Translations under genes and position numbers: made by a program
In this document: piece by piece, positions 41,582-54,025 of the stretch
Position numbering within the stretch: position 1 is the first letter of the stretch
How the letters are laid out: each line of letters begins with the position of its first letter
Source of the DNA: an uncultured Verrucomicrobiae bacterium
GTDB lineage: Bacteria; Verrucomicrobiota; Verrucomicrobiia; Limisphaerales; Palsa-1400
Assembly (NCBI GenBank): GCA_963764165.1
Contig: CAVXRD010000001.1
Span: 256,001 to 320,000 of the forward strand
Length of the DNA: 64,000 bases
Direction of reading: 5' to 3'
The notes under the pieces: generated by a model
Seen by the model: only the letters and a program-made list of their open reading frames with translations
The model's database searches: none
What the model was told of the DNA's origin: nothing

Positions 41582-42538
41582 TCAGGCGAGGGAAGGGTCC
41601 GAGAGCGCATGCTTGCTGAGCGGGTAATTTTGATCACGCCACGCGTCAAGACCGCCGAGCAGCGGTCGAACGCGGGCAATTCCATTCCGGCGCAGCAGCA
41701 GCGCCACCTGCGCGGCGGTCGCTTCATTCGGGCACGAGCAGTAGACGACGACTTCGGATTCGGCCGGAATCGCGTAGCGCTTTGCCTTCACTTCGTCCAT
41801 GGAAAGATGAACCGCGCCGGGAATCAGCACGGGGTCGCGGGTCAATTCCGCGCTGGAACGCAGGTCAAGTATAACGATGCTTTGGCCGCCGCTCTGCATG
41901 TTGCGCAGTTCGTCCACCGTGATCCGCGCCATGCGCAATTCATCGAGAAGGCGTTTGCGCTGCCAGAATTTGTAAGCGAGGCAGAGCACGATGATCGCCG
42001 CGATCAGCATCAGCGCCGTCCCCCCGACGCGCGCCACAGCGGCTTCGATCTGCTCGATTTGCGCGCTGAAAAAATAGCCGAGGCTGATAAAGCACGCCCC
42101 GTAGAGAATGGATCCGACACCGTCAACCACTACGAATCGCGTGGCCGAAATATCCGACATGCCCGCCACCGGAGGCGCCATCGTGCTCAAACCGGGAACG
42201 AATTTCGCGACGACGATCCCGCGCCAGCCCCAGCGGGTGAAAGCGTTCTGGGTGCGCCGGACACATGAATCCGGTTCGAGCGAAACCTTGCACAAAAGAT
42301 TCAAGACCTGGGTTCCGCGACGCCGTCCAAGATAAAACCAAATGACATCGGCGATCACCGCCGCGAGGGCTGTCATGGCCACGCCGTTCCAAAAATTGAA
42401 CGAACCGTTGCTGGCCAGCGCGCCGACAGCCAGCATCCACGGCAAGGCGGGAAGCGGAAGCCCGATTTGCTCCACAAAGACAGCGCCAAACAGAACGGGT
42501 GCGCCGTGCTTGATCAAAAATTGACTGGTGTCGGTCAT
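41582..42538 (-). CDS. DedA/VTT membrane protein fused to rhodanese domain
   Basis: EQIGLPLP and AKFVPG; YCSCPNE and LGGLDAW. Confidence 0.92.
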   Translation of the reverse strand: MTDTSQFLIKHGAPVLFGAVFVEQIGLPLPALPWMLAVGALASNGSFNFWNGVAMTALAAVIADVIWFYLGRRRGTQVLNLLCKVSLEPDSCVRRTQNAFTRWGWRGIVVAKFVPGLSTMAPPVAGMSDISATRFVVVDGVGSILYGACFISLGYFFSAQIEQIEAAVARVGGTALMLIAAIIVLCLAYKFWQRKRLLDELRMARITVDELRNMQSGGQSIVILDLRSSAELTRDPVLIPGAVHLSMDEVKAKRYAIPAESEVVVYCSCPNEATAAQVALLLRRNGIARVRPLLGGLDAWRDQNYPLSKHALSDPSLA

Positions 42539-43153
42539 TCGAGCGCTGTGACAACGATACAGCACTCCCAAACTACGACGAAACAGTGTTTATGCCAGAG
42601 GAAATTGAAGCGCCGGAATCTGAAATTTAAATCTGGAAATCAGGAAATCAGGAAAAAACGAACGCGAAAGACATGCCCTGATTGTCGGTTCATTGTGTTC
42701 ATGGATTTCATATTCTGAATGCGATCTTTCGCAGGCACATTTGCTAACTCGGCGCTACGCAGCGGTTGAGCAACCAACATCAGGGGAAAGATTGGGCCGC
42801 GTTCAGCAAGCACCCCAGCCCGATGGGTGTAAACTAAAAGTTAGATGGATTTTGATATTCAGGACCGATTTCGAGAATCGAGGAGGCTGGTTGAGGACAG
42901 CCATGTCGAAATCAGGAGGGCACGGACGCTTGTGAAAGAAGTGCGCCAGAAGCTCAAAAAATTCCGCCAGCTTTACGTCCAAATCAAAGAAACAAGGCCA
43001 TCCGATAAACGCCGAGCTTGAGGTTAAGCTGGCGAGTCTCAGGCAAATTCGACAGAAGCTGTCGACAGAAGCTTGATTCCTGAGCCCTCGGCGATGCGGT
43101 CGAGGGCGACGCCCATGGTCGGAGGGCTACAGCCTGGCAGCTAACGCCGGGTT

Positions 43154-43723
43154 TCACTGCCTCACTACAAACTCAAGCGGCCCGGGGCAAAATCTTGTCC
43201 CTTGTTGCCCGGCTGCCGTCGAAACTTCAATGGAGGCGGAAACCGAGTATTTGCCGGGAGGCAGCAAGAACAGGCTGGAGAGATCGACATTCCATTTCGC
43301 GGATTCGCCCGGGTTCAATTTGTGAAAAATCCACCCAAACGACCTCATCGGGCGCCACTCACGTTCGCCTTCTGGGGTAGGCTTCGGCATCCCGTGATTG
43401 GAGTCGATGATCTTAATCCGCAGCTCGCGAACGTGGTTAATAGTCCCATAAAATACCGGGGCCTGGCTTTCATTCACCAGGTTCACGGTGAATTCAGCGC
43501 GGGTACCCTCACGAATGCGCACAGACGGAGGCAGAGAAAACTCCACGCTGATTCCATCGCTGCTGGAGACTGTTGTGCCCGAGAAAATTCTTGCAACTCC
43601 ATCGGTCCGAACAGACGCGCAAGATACGGAAAGGAAAATGGCGATCGAAAGAGAAGCCGCCATAAGGAACCCTCGCGTAAACAGCCTGACCGAATCCGCA
43701 TTCGTTGACCGCATGGGGGGCAT
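43154..43723 (-). CDS. Putative lipoprotein, beta-rich
   Basis: Hydrophobic stretch ending SVSC; LNPGES and PGKYSV Ig-like motifs. Confidence 0.6.
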   Translation of the reverse strand: MPPMRSTNADSVRLFTRGFLMAASLSIAIFLSVSCASVRTDGVARIFSGTTVSSSDGISVEFSLPPSVRIREGTRAEFTVNLVNESQAPVFYGTINHVRELRIKIIDSNHGMPKPTPEGEREWRPMRSFGWIFHKLNPGESAKWNVDLSSLFLLPPGKYSVSASIEVSTAAGQQGTRFCPGPLEFVVRQ

Positions 43724-43752
43724 CTTTTTTTCAGCCTCTCCAGAGGGAGAAT

Positions 43753-43837
43753 TGGTGCGCTTAGCAGGACTTGAACCTGCACGGGTTACCCCACTACCAC
43801 CTCAAAGTAGCGTGTCTGCCAATTCCACCATAAGCGC
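43753..43837 (-). tRNA. tRNA-Leu (GAG)
   Basis: GCGCTTA acceptor stem, D-loop GG, anticodon loop TTGAGGT, long variable arm, GGTTCAAGTCC and encoded CCA; 85 nt. Confidence 0.96.
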
Positions 43838-44135
43838 ATCCGTGGCTGCGGCACATCATGCCAAATCGCAGCCATTATGCAAGCGCCTGATTTTCACGGA
43901 GTTTATTTTGATTTGAGTCAACAAACATACCACTGTCAACTGCATGGTTAGAATTTTGCATTTTTTACTGGCGCGGCGGGATTTCGTGGGCTAGGGTTTG
44001 GGCGTTGGTCTGCGGGTTCCCCAGGGGATTATTTATATTCGGGCCTCGAGGGTATTGGGCAGAGCGTGGGTGCAATAAAATTAAACAGCGTCACCTAAAG
44101 TCTGTTGTGACGGTTGTTACGATTCGGGAGTTCAA

Positions 44136-44879
44136 ATGACGCTTGTGCAAAATCTAGACGTTAAGAAGCCTTTTGGCGCGGCGGTGAAAGCGTGGCGAAG
44201 CCGATTGCGGATTTCGCAGGAAGAATTGGCTGGAAGAGCGGGGCTTCACCGCACTTATGTTTGTGATATCGAACGCGGTGCGCGCAATCTTTCCCTCAAA
44301 AGCATCGACCGGCTTGCGCGCGCGCTGGAGATTTCAACCGCCACGCTGTTTTCATTTGACCCGGCCACTGGCCTGCCGGCGGAGCCCGGCTTCGGCAGCG
44401 ATGCGCTGGTGGATATACTTTTTGTCGAGGACGATCCGCACGACGCCGAGATGGCCGTTGAATCCTTGAAGGGAATCTCCAACCGTGTGCAGTGGGTCAA
44501 GGATGGCAAGGCGGCCCTGGATTTCTTATTTTACAAGGGGGAATTCGCAGAACGCATGCCTTCGCAGAGGCCCCAGTTGATCCTGCTGGATTTGGGTTTG
44601 CCAAAAATGAACGGGTTGGAAGTGTTGCGGCAAATCAAGGCGGACGAAGGCACGAGGATGATCCCGGTTGTCGTGTTGACAGGTTCCGGGAGGGATCGCG
44701 ACATTGCGACCAGCAAGCGCCTCGGCGCGGAGGCTTACATTGTCAAGCCATTGGAGATGATCAACTTCGCCCAAGTCATTCATGCTGCGGCTGCAGTGGG
44801 CCTTGGTAAAACCGCTCCCGCCGCTACCGAAGTAAATTTTGGCAGGGCAAGACTCCGCCGAGCCCTGACTGGATCTTGA
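44136..44879 (+). CDS. XRE HTH fused to receiver domain (probable frameshift near 44781; true end may be 44835)
   Basis: SQEELA..AGLHRTY..DIERG; VEDD, LLDLGLP and YIVKP. Confidence 0.88.
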   Translation: MTLVQNLDVKKPFGAAVKAWRSRLRISQEELAGRAGLHRTYVCDIERGARNLSLKSIDRLARALEISTATLFSFDPATGLPAEPGFGSDALVDILFVEDDPHDAEMAVESLKGISNRVQWVKDGKAALDFLFYKGEFAERMPSQRPQLILLDLGLPKMNGLEVLRQIKADEGTRMIPVVVLTGSGRDRDIATSKRLGAEAYIVKPLEMINFAQVIHAAAAVGLGKTAPAATEVNFGRARLRRALTGS

Positions 44880-44954
44880 AGGATTTCGGGAACGCTAAAT
44901 CTGACAGAACCCAATTAGGGATCGACGGAGTCTCGCCCTGCCGGGACTGGCATC

Positions 44955-47949
44955 TTACAGCCACTTCCTGCGAATCAGCCACATCTTGACGAGCTGGGTT
45001 GCGACCACGTAAGCGACGAGGGTCGCGAAAAGAATGGGCCAGTACAGCCAAGGCAGCGGCTCCAGCGCCAGCATGCCCGCCAGCGGTGAATACGGAAGCC
45101 ATGCGGAAATCGCCATGATGACCACGGTGGTCATCGTCAGCGCGGCGCTGGCGCGAGCTTGGATGAATGGTATCTGGCGGGTGCGAATCACATGGATGAT
45201 CAAGGTCTGCGTCATCAATGATTCCACGAACCAGCCGGTGTGGAACAGCGCGGCCTTGGCGGGAGCCCAGCAGTGGAAAATATAAAGCATCACGAAAAAC
45301 GTGGTGTAATCGAAAATCGAGCTGATGGGACCGATGAACAGAATGAACCGCCGAATTTCCCCCATGTCCCACGGCAGCGGCTTGGAAATCAAATTAGGAT
45401 TGACATTGTCGGTTGGAATGGCGACCTGCGAAAAATCGTAAAGAAGATTATTGGTCAAAATCTGGATCGGCAGCATCGGCTCGTAGGGCAGGAACGCGCT
45501 GGCGCCAGTGAAGCTGAACATGTTTCCAAAGTTGGAACTGGCTCCCATGCGGATGTATTTCAGAGATATTCACAAAAACTTTCCGCCCTTCCAGCACGCC
45601 TTCTTCGAGCACCATCAGATTTTTTTCGAGCAAAATCATGTCCGCCGATTCCTTCGCGATATCAACCGCGTTGTCAACAGAAAGGCCCACGTCCGCCGCG
45701 CGCAGGGCCGGCGCGTCGTTGATGCCGTCGCCCATGAACCCAACCACGTGGCCATTTCGGCGGAGCGCCTCGACGATGCGCTGCTTGTGCGTGGGCGAGA
45801 GGCGCGCGAAGACCTGCGTCGTTTCCACCGCTTTGCCAAGCTGCTCTTCGGTCATGTTTTCGACCGCGCTGCCGAGCAGGACGCCCGTCGTGTCGAGGCC
45901 AACGTCTTTGCAAACTTTGCGTGTCACCAGATCGTTGTCGCCCGTAAGCACTTTGACGGCGACGCCATTTGCTTGCAGTGCCGCGATGGCCTGGCTGGCG
46001 GATTCCTTGGGTGGATCGAGAAAGGCGATGTAGCCCTTGAGTATGAGTTCCGACTCGTCAGCTTTTGAATAGGCGGCGCGCTTGTCCAGCTTGCGCGACG
46101 CCACTGCCAGCACGCGAAATCCGTCCGAGCTGAGATCGTTGTATTCCTGGATGAGGTCGCCGATGAGGATCGGCTCCATCGGCAGGATTTCACCCTCGCT
46201 CTCAAATTGCGTGCAGCGGGCGAAAACGGCTTCTGGAGCGCCCTTGGTCAGGATGACGTATTCCTGCTCAGGCGTCTCGACGATGACCGACATCATCTTG
46301 CGCGAAAAATCGAACGGGATTTCGTCAACTTTTTTATAGTTGTCGATGCAAATTTTTTCCGCCGCCGCCGGATGGCTCAGCACCGCGCGATCCAGGACAT
46401 TTTTCAAACCGGTTTGAAAATGGCTGATGAGATAAGCGTCGAGCAGGACAGCATCGCTGTCGTTTTTGAAGACGTCGCAATGAATTTCGAGGATGACATG
46501 GTCGCGCGTAAGGGTGCCCGTTTTGTCCGTGCAAAGAACATCCATCGCGCCGAAGTTTTGGATGGAATTGAGGCGCTTGACGATGACCTTTTTTTTCGCC
46601 ATGGCCATCGCTCCCTTTGACAAACAGACGGAAACAATCATCGGCAGCATTTCCGGCGTCAGCCCCACCGCCAGCGCAAGCGACAGGAGAAAGGCGTCGT
46701 ACCAATTGTGTTTGGGCGCCTTTTTGATTTCCTGCGGGTAGGCGTCCTGCAACAGCAGGCGGTTCAACCGGTAATCGTGTTTGCTGGGATGCTCAATTCG
46801 CGATTTTGTCTCAGGCGATAGCGCCACGTTTTGGAACCTTTGCGGGTCATAAATCGATGGGCCGGAAATGACGTCATTTAGATTGTCGGCCAGGACGCGG
46901 TTGAATTTGTCCACGCTGTCCGGAGAGCCTTGCACGGCGGGCAGCGACGCCTTCGTATCCGCCGGGAGGTGATCATACAAGAACGCGGAAACCGGATCGG
47001 TTTTGGCGTTAATCTTGTTGGCCAGCGCAGGTGTGGCCGCGATGTCATTATCTCCCAATTGTGAAGGCGCCTTGCTCAGCGCGTTGATGAAGAAAACGGC
47101 TGGCACCATGATCAGCATGAACGTCAGCATCAGATACGTAAAGCGCTTGATGCCCTTGTCAAAACTTGTTTCGACCGCTTCCGCAGTCATGCTGCTGGCG
47201 ATGCTGCCAAGATAGGTTCGCGGCCCAGTCTCGACAACCACGGCCTGGGCAGTGCCGCTCTCCACGCTGGTGCCGAGGAAACAGAGATTTGTGAATTCCA
47301 GCGGCGCGATTCCTTCCCGCGTTTCGCGAGTGTCAAATTTTTCGACTGGCAATGATTCGCCGGTCAGCGTCGCCTGGATGATGAACAAATCCTTGGCCGT
47401 CAGAATGCGCACATCGCCGGGAATCATGTCTCCCGCGGAAAGCTTGACGATGTCACCGGGAACGAGGCATTGAAGCGGCACCTCGCCGGGCTGGCCGCCG
47501 CGCACCACGGTGGCGGTGACCTTGATCATCGCCTTTAATTTCGCGGCGGCGGAATCGGCTTTCGATTCCTGAATGAACCGCAGCGCGACGCCGAGAATCA
47601 CCATCGCCACCATCAGCCACGCGCCGACAAAATCGCTGGTTTCGTGCGCGGTGGAAAAACTGATGACGGCCAGAATGGTCAAGAGAATGACCAGCGGATT
47701 GCGGACGGCGTGCCACAGCCGGGAACCCCAGCTATGCTGCTTCTCGCTCGACACTTCATTGGGTCCAACTTTGGCCAGCCGCGCTTCGGCTTCCTCCTCG
47801 GACAAACCATCGAGGGAAGTCTCAAGCAATTTCAGGCTCTCCGGCCCTTCGGCACGCGCGGCGTCGGCCAGCCGCGAAGGCAGGCGGACGTTGGGCATCT
47901 TTCGTTTTGATGACGGCAGGGGAGCCGCGGGTTTTTCCGAACTTGTCAT
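44955..47949 (-). pseudogene. mgtA: Mg2+-translocating P-type ATPase with one frameshift near 45564 (real or assembly error)
   Basis: LTGES, TPEMLP, DKTGTLT and MGDGIND; continues in another frame as LKYIRMGASSNFGN, NLLYD and TGWFVES. Confidence 0.9.
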
Positions 47950-48171
47950 GGTTCCATCTTAGTGCGCGGTTCAATCCTTGCCGGGCCGCGCGAACGCCCA
48001 AAGCCTAAAACGGAACCAACAAAGCGCAACCCCTTTTTCCCTCGGAAAAAGATTTTTTACAGAAGCACACCAAGGCAACGAAGGAAGGCCAAGCGGACCG
48101 GACAGAAAATTTGTCCCCCTTCTTTATCTTTGTTTGCTTCTGTTAAGCATATTCCGAATGCCCCGTTGGGA

Positions 48172-49611
48172 TCACGGCGTCACTGTGGCGGGCGGCGTGT
48201 TGGTTGCGTTCCAGCCGCCGCCGAGGGCCTTGTAAAGCTGCACGGTGGCGAGAAGCTGATTCAACGTTGTTTGCGCGAGGGAGTTTTGCGCTGGGAAAAG
48301 CAATTGCTGCTCCTGCAAAAGTTCGTAGTAATTCGCCTGGCCGCCAAGGTAGCGCTGGTTGGCCACTTGAACCGCGTCCTGATACGCCGCCACCGCGCGC
48401 CCCTGCTGCTCTCGTTCCTCGGCCAGATTTTGCCGCGACGAGAGCGCGTCCGAGACTTCCATGAACGCCTGCAGGACACTCGATTGATATTGGAAGCGCG
48501 CTTCGTCCCACGCAGCCTTCGCCTGGCGCAATTGCGCCTTCAGCAAACCGCCCTGGAAAATCGGCCCCGTGGCCGCCCCGGCCAGATACCATGCGGACTC
48601 CGCGCCGCCGCTCAACGCGTTCAGTTCAGGGCTTGCCTCGCCGAACAGCCCTGTCAAAGTGATGCGCGGATAGAAGGCCGCCTTGGCCACGCCAATGCGG
48701 GCGCTGGCCGCATGCATGAGTTGCTCCGCCTGGCGGACGTCAGGACGGCGCAGCAGAAGATCGGAGGGCAGGCCGGGCGGGACATTAGGCAGCGTGGCGG
48801 TTTCCAAACCCTTGGTCTGGCGCACAATTGGCCCGGGATTCATCCCCAATTCGACGCGAATCTGATTCTCCTGGATGGCGATTTGCCGGCGCAATTCCGG
48901 AATCGTCGCCGCAGCCGAGGCAAGCGCAGCCGCGGCGGCGGATGTTTCCAATTTCGACGAAACGCCCCCTTGCAAGCGGTCGTTGAAAATTTTCAAGCTT
49001 TGCGCGAACGAGTTGGTCGTGTCCTCCGCGATAGCCATTTCTTCGTCGAGAGCGAGCAATTGGAAATAGGATTGCGCGACATCGGAGATGAGCGTGATCT
49101 GAACGTTGCGCCGCGCTTCGTCGGTCGCCAGATAATTCGCCTTCGCCGCCTCGCTCAAGCGCCGGACTCTTCCCCAAAAATCAACCTCCCATGAAACACT
49201 GCCAGCGACATCTTGAAAAGTGGCCGGCTTCTGGCCGAGCACGAAAGGCGAGCCGCCGACGGCGTTGCGATCTCCGCCGGCCGTGCCGGTGTAGCCGACT
49301 TGCGGATAGAATGCCGAACGCGCCTGGGTCAGCATCGCCCGCGATTCTTCCACCCGCGCGACAGCGGCATGCAAATCGTAATTGTTAGTCAGAGCGGTGT
49401 TGATGAGCGCCTGCAAATTGGTGTCCCGGAACAATTGCCACCATGGCAAATCGCCCATGGAATTCGTCTCAATCCCCAGGTTGCCGCGGAAACCGGCGGG
49501 AGCGTGGGCGTCCGGCGGCCTGTAGTCGGGGCCGACCGAGCAGCCCGCGATCACCACAGCCAAAATCGCGGCGGACCACTGTTTGAAACTGAACATGCCG
49601 CGAGCGCTCAT
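48172..49611 (-). CDS. RND outer-membrane factor lipoprotein (NodT family)
   Basis: [10 protein letters not shown] lipobox, RRPD and [13 protein letters not shown] overlap with the permease. Confidence 0.95.
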   Translation of the reverse strand: MSARGMFSFKQWSAAILAVVIAGCSVGPDYRPPDAHAPAGFRGNLGIETNSMGDLPWWQLFRDTNLQALINTALTNNYDLHAAVARVEESRAMLTQARSAFYPQVGYTGTAGGDRNAVGGSPFVLGQKPATFQDVAGSVSWEVDFWGRVRRLSEAAKANYLATDEARRNVQITLISDVAQSYFQLLALDEEMAIAEDTTNSFAQSLKIFNDRLQGGVSSKLETSAAAAALASAAATIPELRRQIAIQENQIRVELGMNPGPIVRQTKGLETATLPNVPPGLPSDLLLRRPDVRQAEQLMHAASARIGVAKAAFYPRITLTGLFGEASPELNALSGGAESAWYLAGAATGPIFQGGLLKAQLRQAKAAWDEARFQYQSSVLQAFMEVSDALSSRQNLAEEREQQGRAVAAYQDAVQVANQRYLGGQANYYELLQEQQLLFPAQNSLAQTTLNQLLATVQLYKALGGGWNATNTPPATVTP

Positions 49612-52600
49612 GCTTTTCCTTCCTGATGCGGCGCGAGCTGCTTTCCCTTCACTCGATGGCTGAATTTTTCCACGATATAAAATGTTACCGGCACAATGAG
49701 CGTGTCCACGCATGTCGCGCCCAGCATGCCGCCAATGACAACCGTGCCGAGCGTCTGGCGCGCATATGCTCCCGAGCCGGAGGCAATCCATAGCGGCACG
49801 CAGCCCATGATAAAAGCAAACGAAGTCATCAAGATTGGCCGCAAACGAATGGCCGCGCCCGTTTGCGCCGCCTCGATGATCGATTTGCCTTTTTCGAATT
49901 CTTCCTTGGCGAAGGCCACGATCAAGATCGCGTTTTTGGCCGCCAAGCCGATGAGCATGATCAAGCCGATCTGCGCGAACACGTTGTTCTGCAGCGAGCG
50001 CACGTTCAACGCCACAAACGCGCCCAAAATCGCCGTCGGCGTTCCCAGCAGCACGCTAAAGGGGAGCGACCAGCTCTCATATTGAGCGGCGAGAATCAGG
50101 AATACGCAAAAGAGCGACACACCGAAAATCACCACTGGTTTGACACCCTTCTTCGCCTGCTGTTCCTGGAAGGAAATGCCGAAATAATCGTAGCCCATGC
50201 CTTTTGGCATGGTCTCTTTGAAGACCTCTTCCAGCGCGGCGGTTGCCTGATCGGCGCTATATCCATCCGCGGCGCCGCCATTGATTTGCGCGCAGGGATA
50301 TTCGTTGTAATGCAGCACAAATTCCGGCCCGGTTCGGCGCTCCGCCGTTGCGAACGCCGTCAAAGGCAAACTTTGGCCCAGCTTATTGCGCACATAAAAG
50401 AGGCCCAGATTGTCCGCGCTGGTGCGGTATTTGTCCTCCGCTTCAATGTAGACCTGCCATTGCCGCCCGAACCGGTTGAAATAATTGACAAAGTTCCCGC
50501 CCATGAACGTCTGCAATGTCGAATAAACATCTGTCAATGACACGCCCTGCTTCAAAACTTTGTCACGGTCGACTTTGACAAAGATTTGCGGGACGTCCGG
50601 CAGGTGGGTCGAGAACAGCCTGGGGCTTAGTTCAGGGCGTTTTCTGGCGGCCGCGAGGAATTTGTTCAAATTCTCGGTAAGATAGGCTGGATCCTGCGAG
50701 CCCGACCGGTCCTCCAGCATCAATTGGAAACCGCCCGCCGTTCCAATGCCCGGGATCGGCGGAGGAGCAAACGAGACCGCGGTCGCCTCCGGCAGCGCGC
50801 CCAAGGCCTTGTTGATTCGCGCGGAAATGGCGCTCATTTTTTCTGAATCCTTGGTTCGCTCGCTCCAAGGCTTGAGCGTCACGAAGAAAAACACGTTGTA
50901 GGTGGCCTGCACCTGGCTGAGCAGGCTGAAACCTTCCACTGTGGTGTAGTGTTCCACACCGGGCACACCGGCCAGAATCTTCTCAATTTTCTTTGCCACC
51001 GCATCGGTTCGCTCCAATGAAGCGGCATTTGGCAACTGAGCCTGGACGAACGCGTAACCCTGATCTTCGTCCGGCACGAACGCCGTCGGCAGCCTCCGGG
51101 CAAATTCCACCGCCGCGAGCGCGACGAGCACCAAGCCAATGATCACGAAGACAGCCTTGCGGATAAACCACAAACTGACGCCAAGATACCCATGCCGCAG
51201 TTTGTCAAAGGTGCGGTTGAACCATCCGTAGAAGTGCCGCATCGGCCCTCCCCCGCCTTCTTTCTTCGGACGCAGAAGCAGCGCCGCCATTGCGGGGCTG
51301 AGCGAGAGCGCGTTGAACGCCGAGAGCATCACTGAAATAGCGATGGTCACGGCGAACTGCATGTAGAGCAATCCAGTGATGCCCGAAATAAAAACCGTCG
51401 GGATAAAGACAGCCGCCAAAATCAGCGCCATCGCCACCACAGGCCCGGAAACTTCGTCCATCGCTTTGAGCGCCGCATCTTTTGGATTAAGCCCTTCCTC
51501 AATATGTCGCTCAGTGGCCTCCACCACGACAATCGCGTCATCGACCACCAGTCCGATGGCCAGCACCAACCCCAGCAGCGACAGGGTGTTAAGCGAAAAA
51601 CCGAAAATGGGGAAAAAGGCAAACGTGCCAATCAGCGACACGGGCACCGCCAGCAACGGAATGAGCGAAGCCCGCCATCCTTGCAGGAAGATAAATACCA
51701 CGATGATCACCAGCACCAGCGCGATGATCAGGGTCCACTTGATTTCGCGCATGCCTTCCGTCACCGCTCGCGTCGTGTCCAACGAAACGATGTAAGACAA
51801 GTCGTCCGGGAAACGCGCCTTTAGTTTCTCCATCAGGTTGCGGACGTTATTGGCGGCATCAATGGCGTTGGATCCTGGCAATTGATAAATGGCCATCACC
51901 GCCGAGGGCTTGCCATCCAATCTGCCCACAATGCTGTAAGTTTGCGCGCCAAGCTCAATCCGCGCGACGTCTCGCAACCGCACCACCGAGCCATCCGTGT
52001 TCTCGCGGACAACAATGTCGCCAAAATCCTTCTCAGTCACCAATCGGCTTTGCGCGGTGATGGTGTAAGTGAATTCCTGGCCCGCCGGCGTGGGAGGGCC
52101 GCCTACCTGCCCGGCCGGATTGACCGTGTTCTGGGCGTTAATGGCCGTGGTTAAATCACTTACTGTCAGGTTCAATTTCGAAAGCTGGTCCGGCTTTACC
52201 CAAAAACGCATCGCATATTGCCCGGCCCCGAAAACGGTTACTTGGGAAATGCCCTTCAGTTGCTGAACCTGATCCACCAGGTTGATGTAGGCATAGTTGG
52301 CCAGCCATGTTGAATCATGCGTCCCTTTCGGCGAAGTCACCGCCACCAGCATCAATGGCGTGGTGGGCGACTTAACCAATGTTATGCCGAATTTAGTTAC
52401 GTCGCTCGGCAATTGCGGGCCGGCCTGGTTTTCGCGGAGTTGCGCCAGCACCATGTCGATGTTGGGATCCGTCTTGACGTCGAAATTCACTCCCATGCGC
52501 ATCACCCCGTTATTGGCGCTGATGGAATACATGTAATTCATGTTGTCTACCCCGGCCATCTGCTCTTCGATGGGTGTGGCGACCGATTGCGCGAGCGTTT

Positions 52601-52763
52601 GCGCGTCGGCGCCGACGTAGGTCGTCTGAATGCGGATTTCAGGCGGGACAATTTGCGGATATTGCGCGACCGGCAGGCTCAGCATGGTCACGAATCCCAC
52701 CACCACCTGCAAAATGGCGATGACCATCGCGACAATCGGACGATTTATGAAAAAGCGATACAT
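49608..52763 (-). CDS. HAE1 RND permease
   Basis: [24 protein letters not shown] and RLRPILMT. Confidence 0.96.
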   Translation of the reverse strand: MYRFFINRPIVAMVIAILQVVVGFVTMLSLPVAQYPQIVPPEIRIQTTYVGADAQTLAQSVATPIEEQMAGVDNMNYMYSISANNGVMRMGVNFDVKTDPNIDMVLAQLRENQAGPQLPSDVTKFGITLVKSPTTPLMLVAVTSPKGTHDSTWLANYAYINLVDQVQQLKGISQVTVFGAGQYAMRFWVKPDQLSKLNLTVSDLTTAINAQNTVNPAGQVGGPPTPAGQEFTYTITAQSRLVTEKDFGDIVVRENTDGSVVRLRDVARIELGAQTYSIVGRLDGKPSAVMAIYQLPGSNAIDAANNVRNLMEKLKARFPDDLSYIVSLDTTRAVTEGMREIKWTLIIALVLVIIVVFIFLQGWRASLIPLLAVPVSLIGTFAFFPIFGFSLNTLSLLGLVLAIGLVVDDAIVVVEATERHIEEGLNPKDAALKAMDEVSGPVVAMALILAAVFIPTVFISGITGLLYMQFAVTIAISVMLSAFNALSLSPAMAALLLRPKKEGGGGPMRHFYGWFNRTFDKLRHGYLGVSLWFIRKAVFVIIGLVLVALAAVEFARRLPTAFVPDEDQGYAFVQAQLPNAASLERTDAVAKKIEKILAGVPGVEHYTTVEGFSLLSQVQATYNVFFFVTLKPWSERTKDSEKMSAISARINKALGALPEATAVSFAPPPIPGIGTAGGFQLMLEDRSGSQDPAYLTENLNKFLAAARKRPELSPRLFSTHLPDVPQIFVKVDRDKVLKQGVSLTDVYSTLQTFMGGNFVNYFNRFGRQWQVYIEAEDKYRTSADNLGLFYVRNKLGQSLPLTAFATAERRTGPEFVLHYNEYPCAQINGGAADGYSADQATAALEEVFKETMPKGMGYDYFGISFQEQQAKKGVKPVVIFGVSLFCVFLILAAQYESWSLPFSVLLGTPTAILGAFVALNVRSLQNNVFAQIGLIMLIGLAAKNAILIVAFAKEEFEKGKSIIEAAQTGAAIRLRPILMTSFAFIMGCVPLWIASGSGAYARQTLGTVVIGGMLGATCVDTLIVPVTFYIVEKFSHRVKGKQLAPHQEGKA

Positions 52764-52784
52764 AGCTTTGTCGGATGCGCCCGG

Positions 52785-53924
52785 TTAATTCGTCTTGCCT
52801 GCGGGAGTGGCATTGGTCGACGCCACAGCGGGAGGCGGATTCGTATCGACGGTCGCGCCATTGGGGGCCTTTTGCAGCCCTTCAATAATGATTTCATCGC
52901 CGGCCGAAAGCCCGCTCTCGATAAGCCATTGGTTTCCAATCTGATCGCCCACCACAACATTCTTGACATGCACCGTGTTGGTTTCAACCACGGCAACTTG
53001 AAACGTCCCCTGCAATTCATTCACCGCCCGCTGCGGCACGAGCAGCGCGTTGGTGCGAACTTCAGTTTCGGCGCGGATGAGGGCGTATTGCCCGGGGCGA
53101 AGCAAGTTGTCGGGATTCTCGAATTCGGCGGCGACTTGCAGCGTTCCGGTATTCACGTCTACCTGGCGGCTGGTGAATAGCCATTTGCCGCGCTTCGGAT
53201 AAACCGTGCCGTCGGAAAGAATAAGCTCCAGCGGCAGCGTCACTTCCTGGGATTCCGAATGCATGCGCCGAAATTTCAAATAGAGCTGTTCGCTGATATT
53301 GAAATAGGCGCGAATCGGATCAACCGTCGAAACCGTGGTCAAAACTCCGCTGGCCGGCCCCACGAGGTCGCCAATTTGCGCTTGCGCCAAACCCGCAATC
53401 CCATCCACCGGCGACGTGACTTTCGTGAACTCAAGATTGAGTTTCGCGTTCTCGACCGCAGCCTCATCCGCGGCCAGCGCGGAGACCGCGCCAAGATTGG
53501 CCGCCGTCGCATCATCAAGTTCCTGCTGGCTGACGGCATGGGTCTTGGCCAGCGGCGTGAAACGCTTCACGTCCAACTCCGTCTTTCCAAGGTTTGCCTG
53601 GTCCTGTTTCTGTTTGGCGATGGCTTGATCGAGCGCGGCTTTGAAAAGGCGCGGATCAATCTCGAACAGGGTGTCGCCTTTTTTGACTTTGCTGCCCTCC
53701 ACGTAATTCTGCTTCATCAGGTAGCCGGTGACCTGCGCGCGAATCTGCGCGTTGGGATAGCCATCGAGCGAACCGACCCATTGCTGGTGCAAGACCACGT
53801 TTGTCGGGGTGACAGCCACGACTTGCACATGCGGGGGCGGCGGCTTGGGTGGCGCGGGCGGTTTGCACGCCGCCGCCATGAGGCAAATCACCCCCGACGC
53901 AAAAAGAACCTTTGTCATTCTCAT
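52785..53924 (-). CDS. RND periplasmic adaptor
   Basis: AAAC lipobox, IRAQVTG, SPVDG and LRPGQY. Confidence 0.94.
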   Translation of the reverse strand: MRMTKVLFASGVICLMAAACKPPAPPKPPPPHVQVVAVTPTNVVLHQQWVGSLDGYPNAQIRAQVTGYLMKQNYVEGSKVKKGDTLFEIDPRLFKAALDQAIAKQKQDQANLGKTELDVKRFTPLAKTHAVSQQELDDATAANLGAVSALAADEAAVENAKLNLEFTKVTSPVDGIAGLAQAQIGDLVGPASGVLTTVSTVDPIRAYFNISEQLYLKFRRMHSESQEVTLPLELILSDGTVYPKRGKWLFTSRQVDVNTGTLQVAAEFENPDNLLRPGQYALIRAETEVRTNALLVPQRAVNELQGTFQVAVVETNTVHVKNVVVGDQIGNQWLIESGLSAGDEIIIEGLQKAPNGATVDTNPPPAVASTNATPAGKTN

Positions 53925-54025
53925 CGTAAAATTCTTTTCCATTGAGCCATCAGGCAAAAAAACGAGCCTCAAAAAAAGCGGCCTGCCGGAGGTATTCCCG
54001 TTGGCCTCTTTTCAAAGGCAGGCAC

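Noticed and set aside
42845..43076. Small coiled-coil ORF with possible frameshift
   Set aside because: Under 60 aa with no motif; not enough support to call.
42600..43752. Integrative element at the tRNA-Leu 3' end
   Set aside because: No integrase and no duplicated tRNA 3' end seen in the window.
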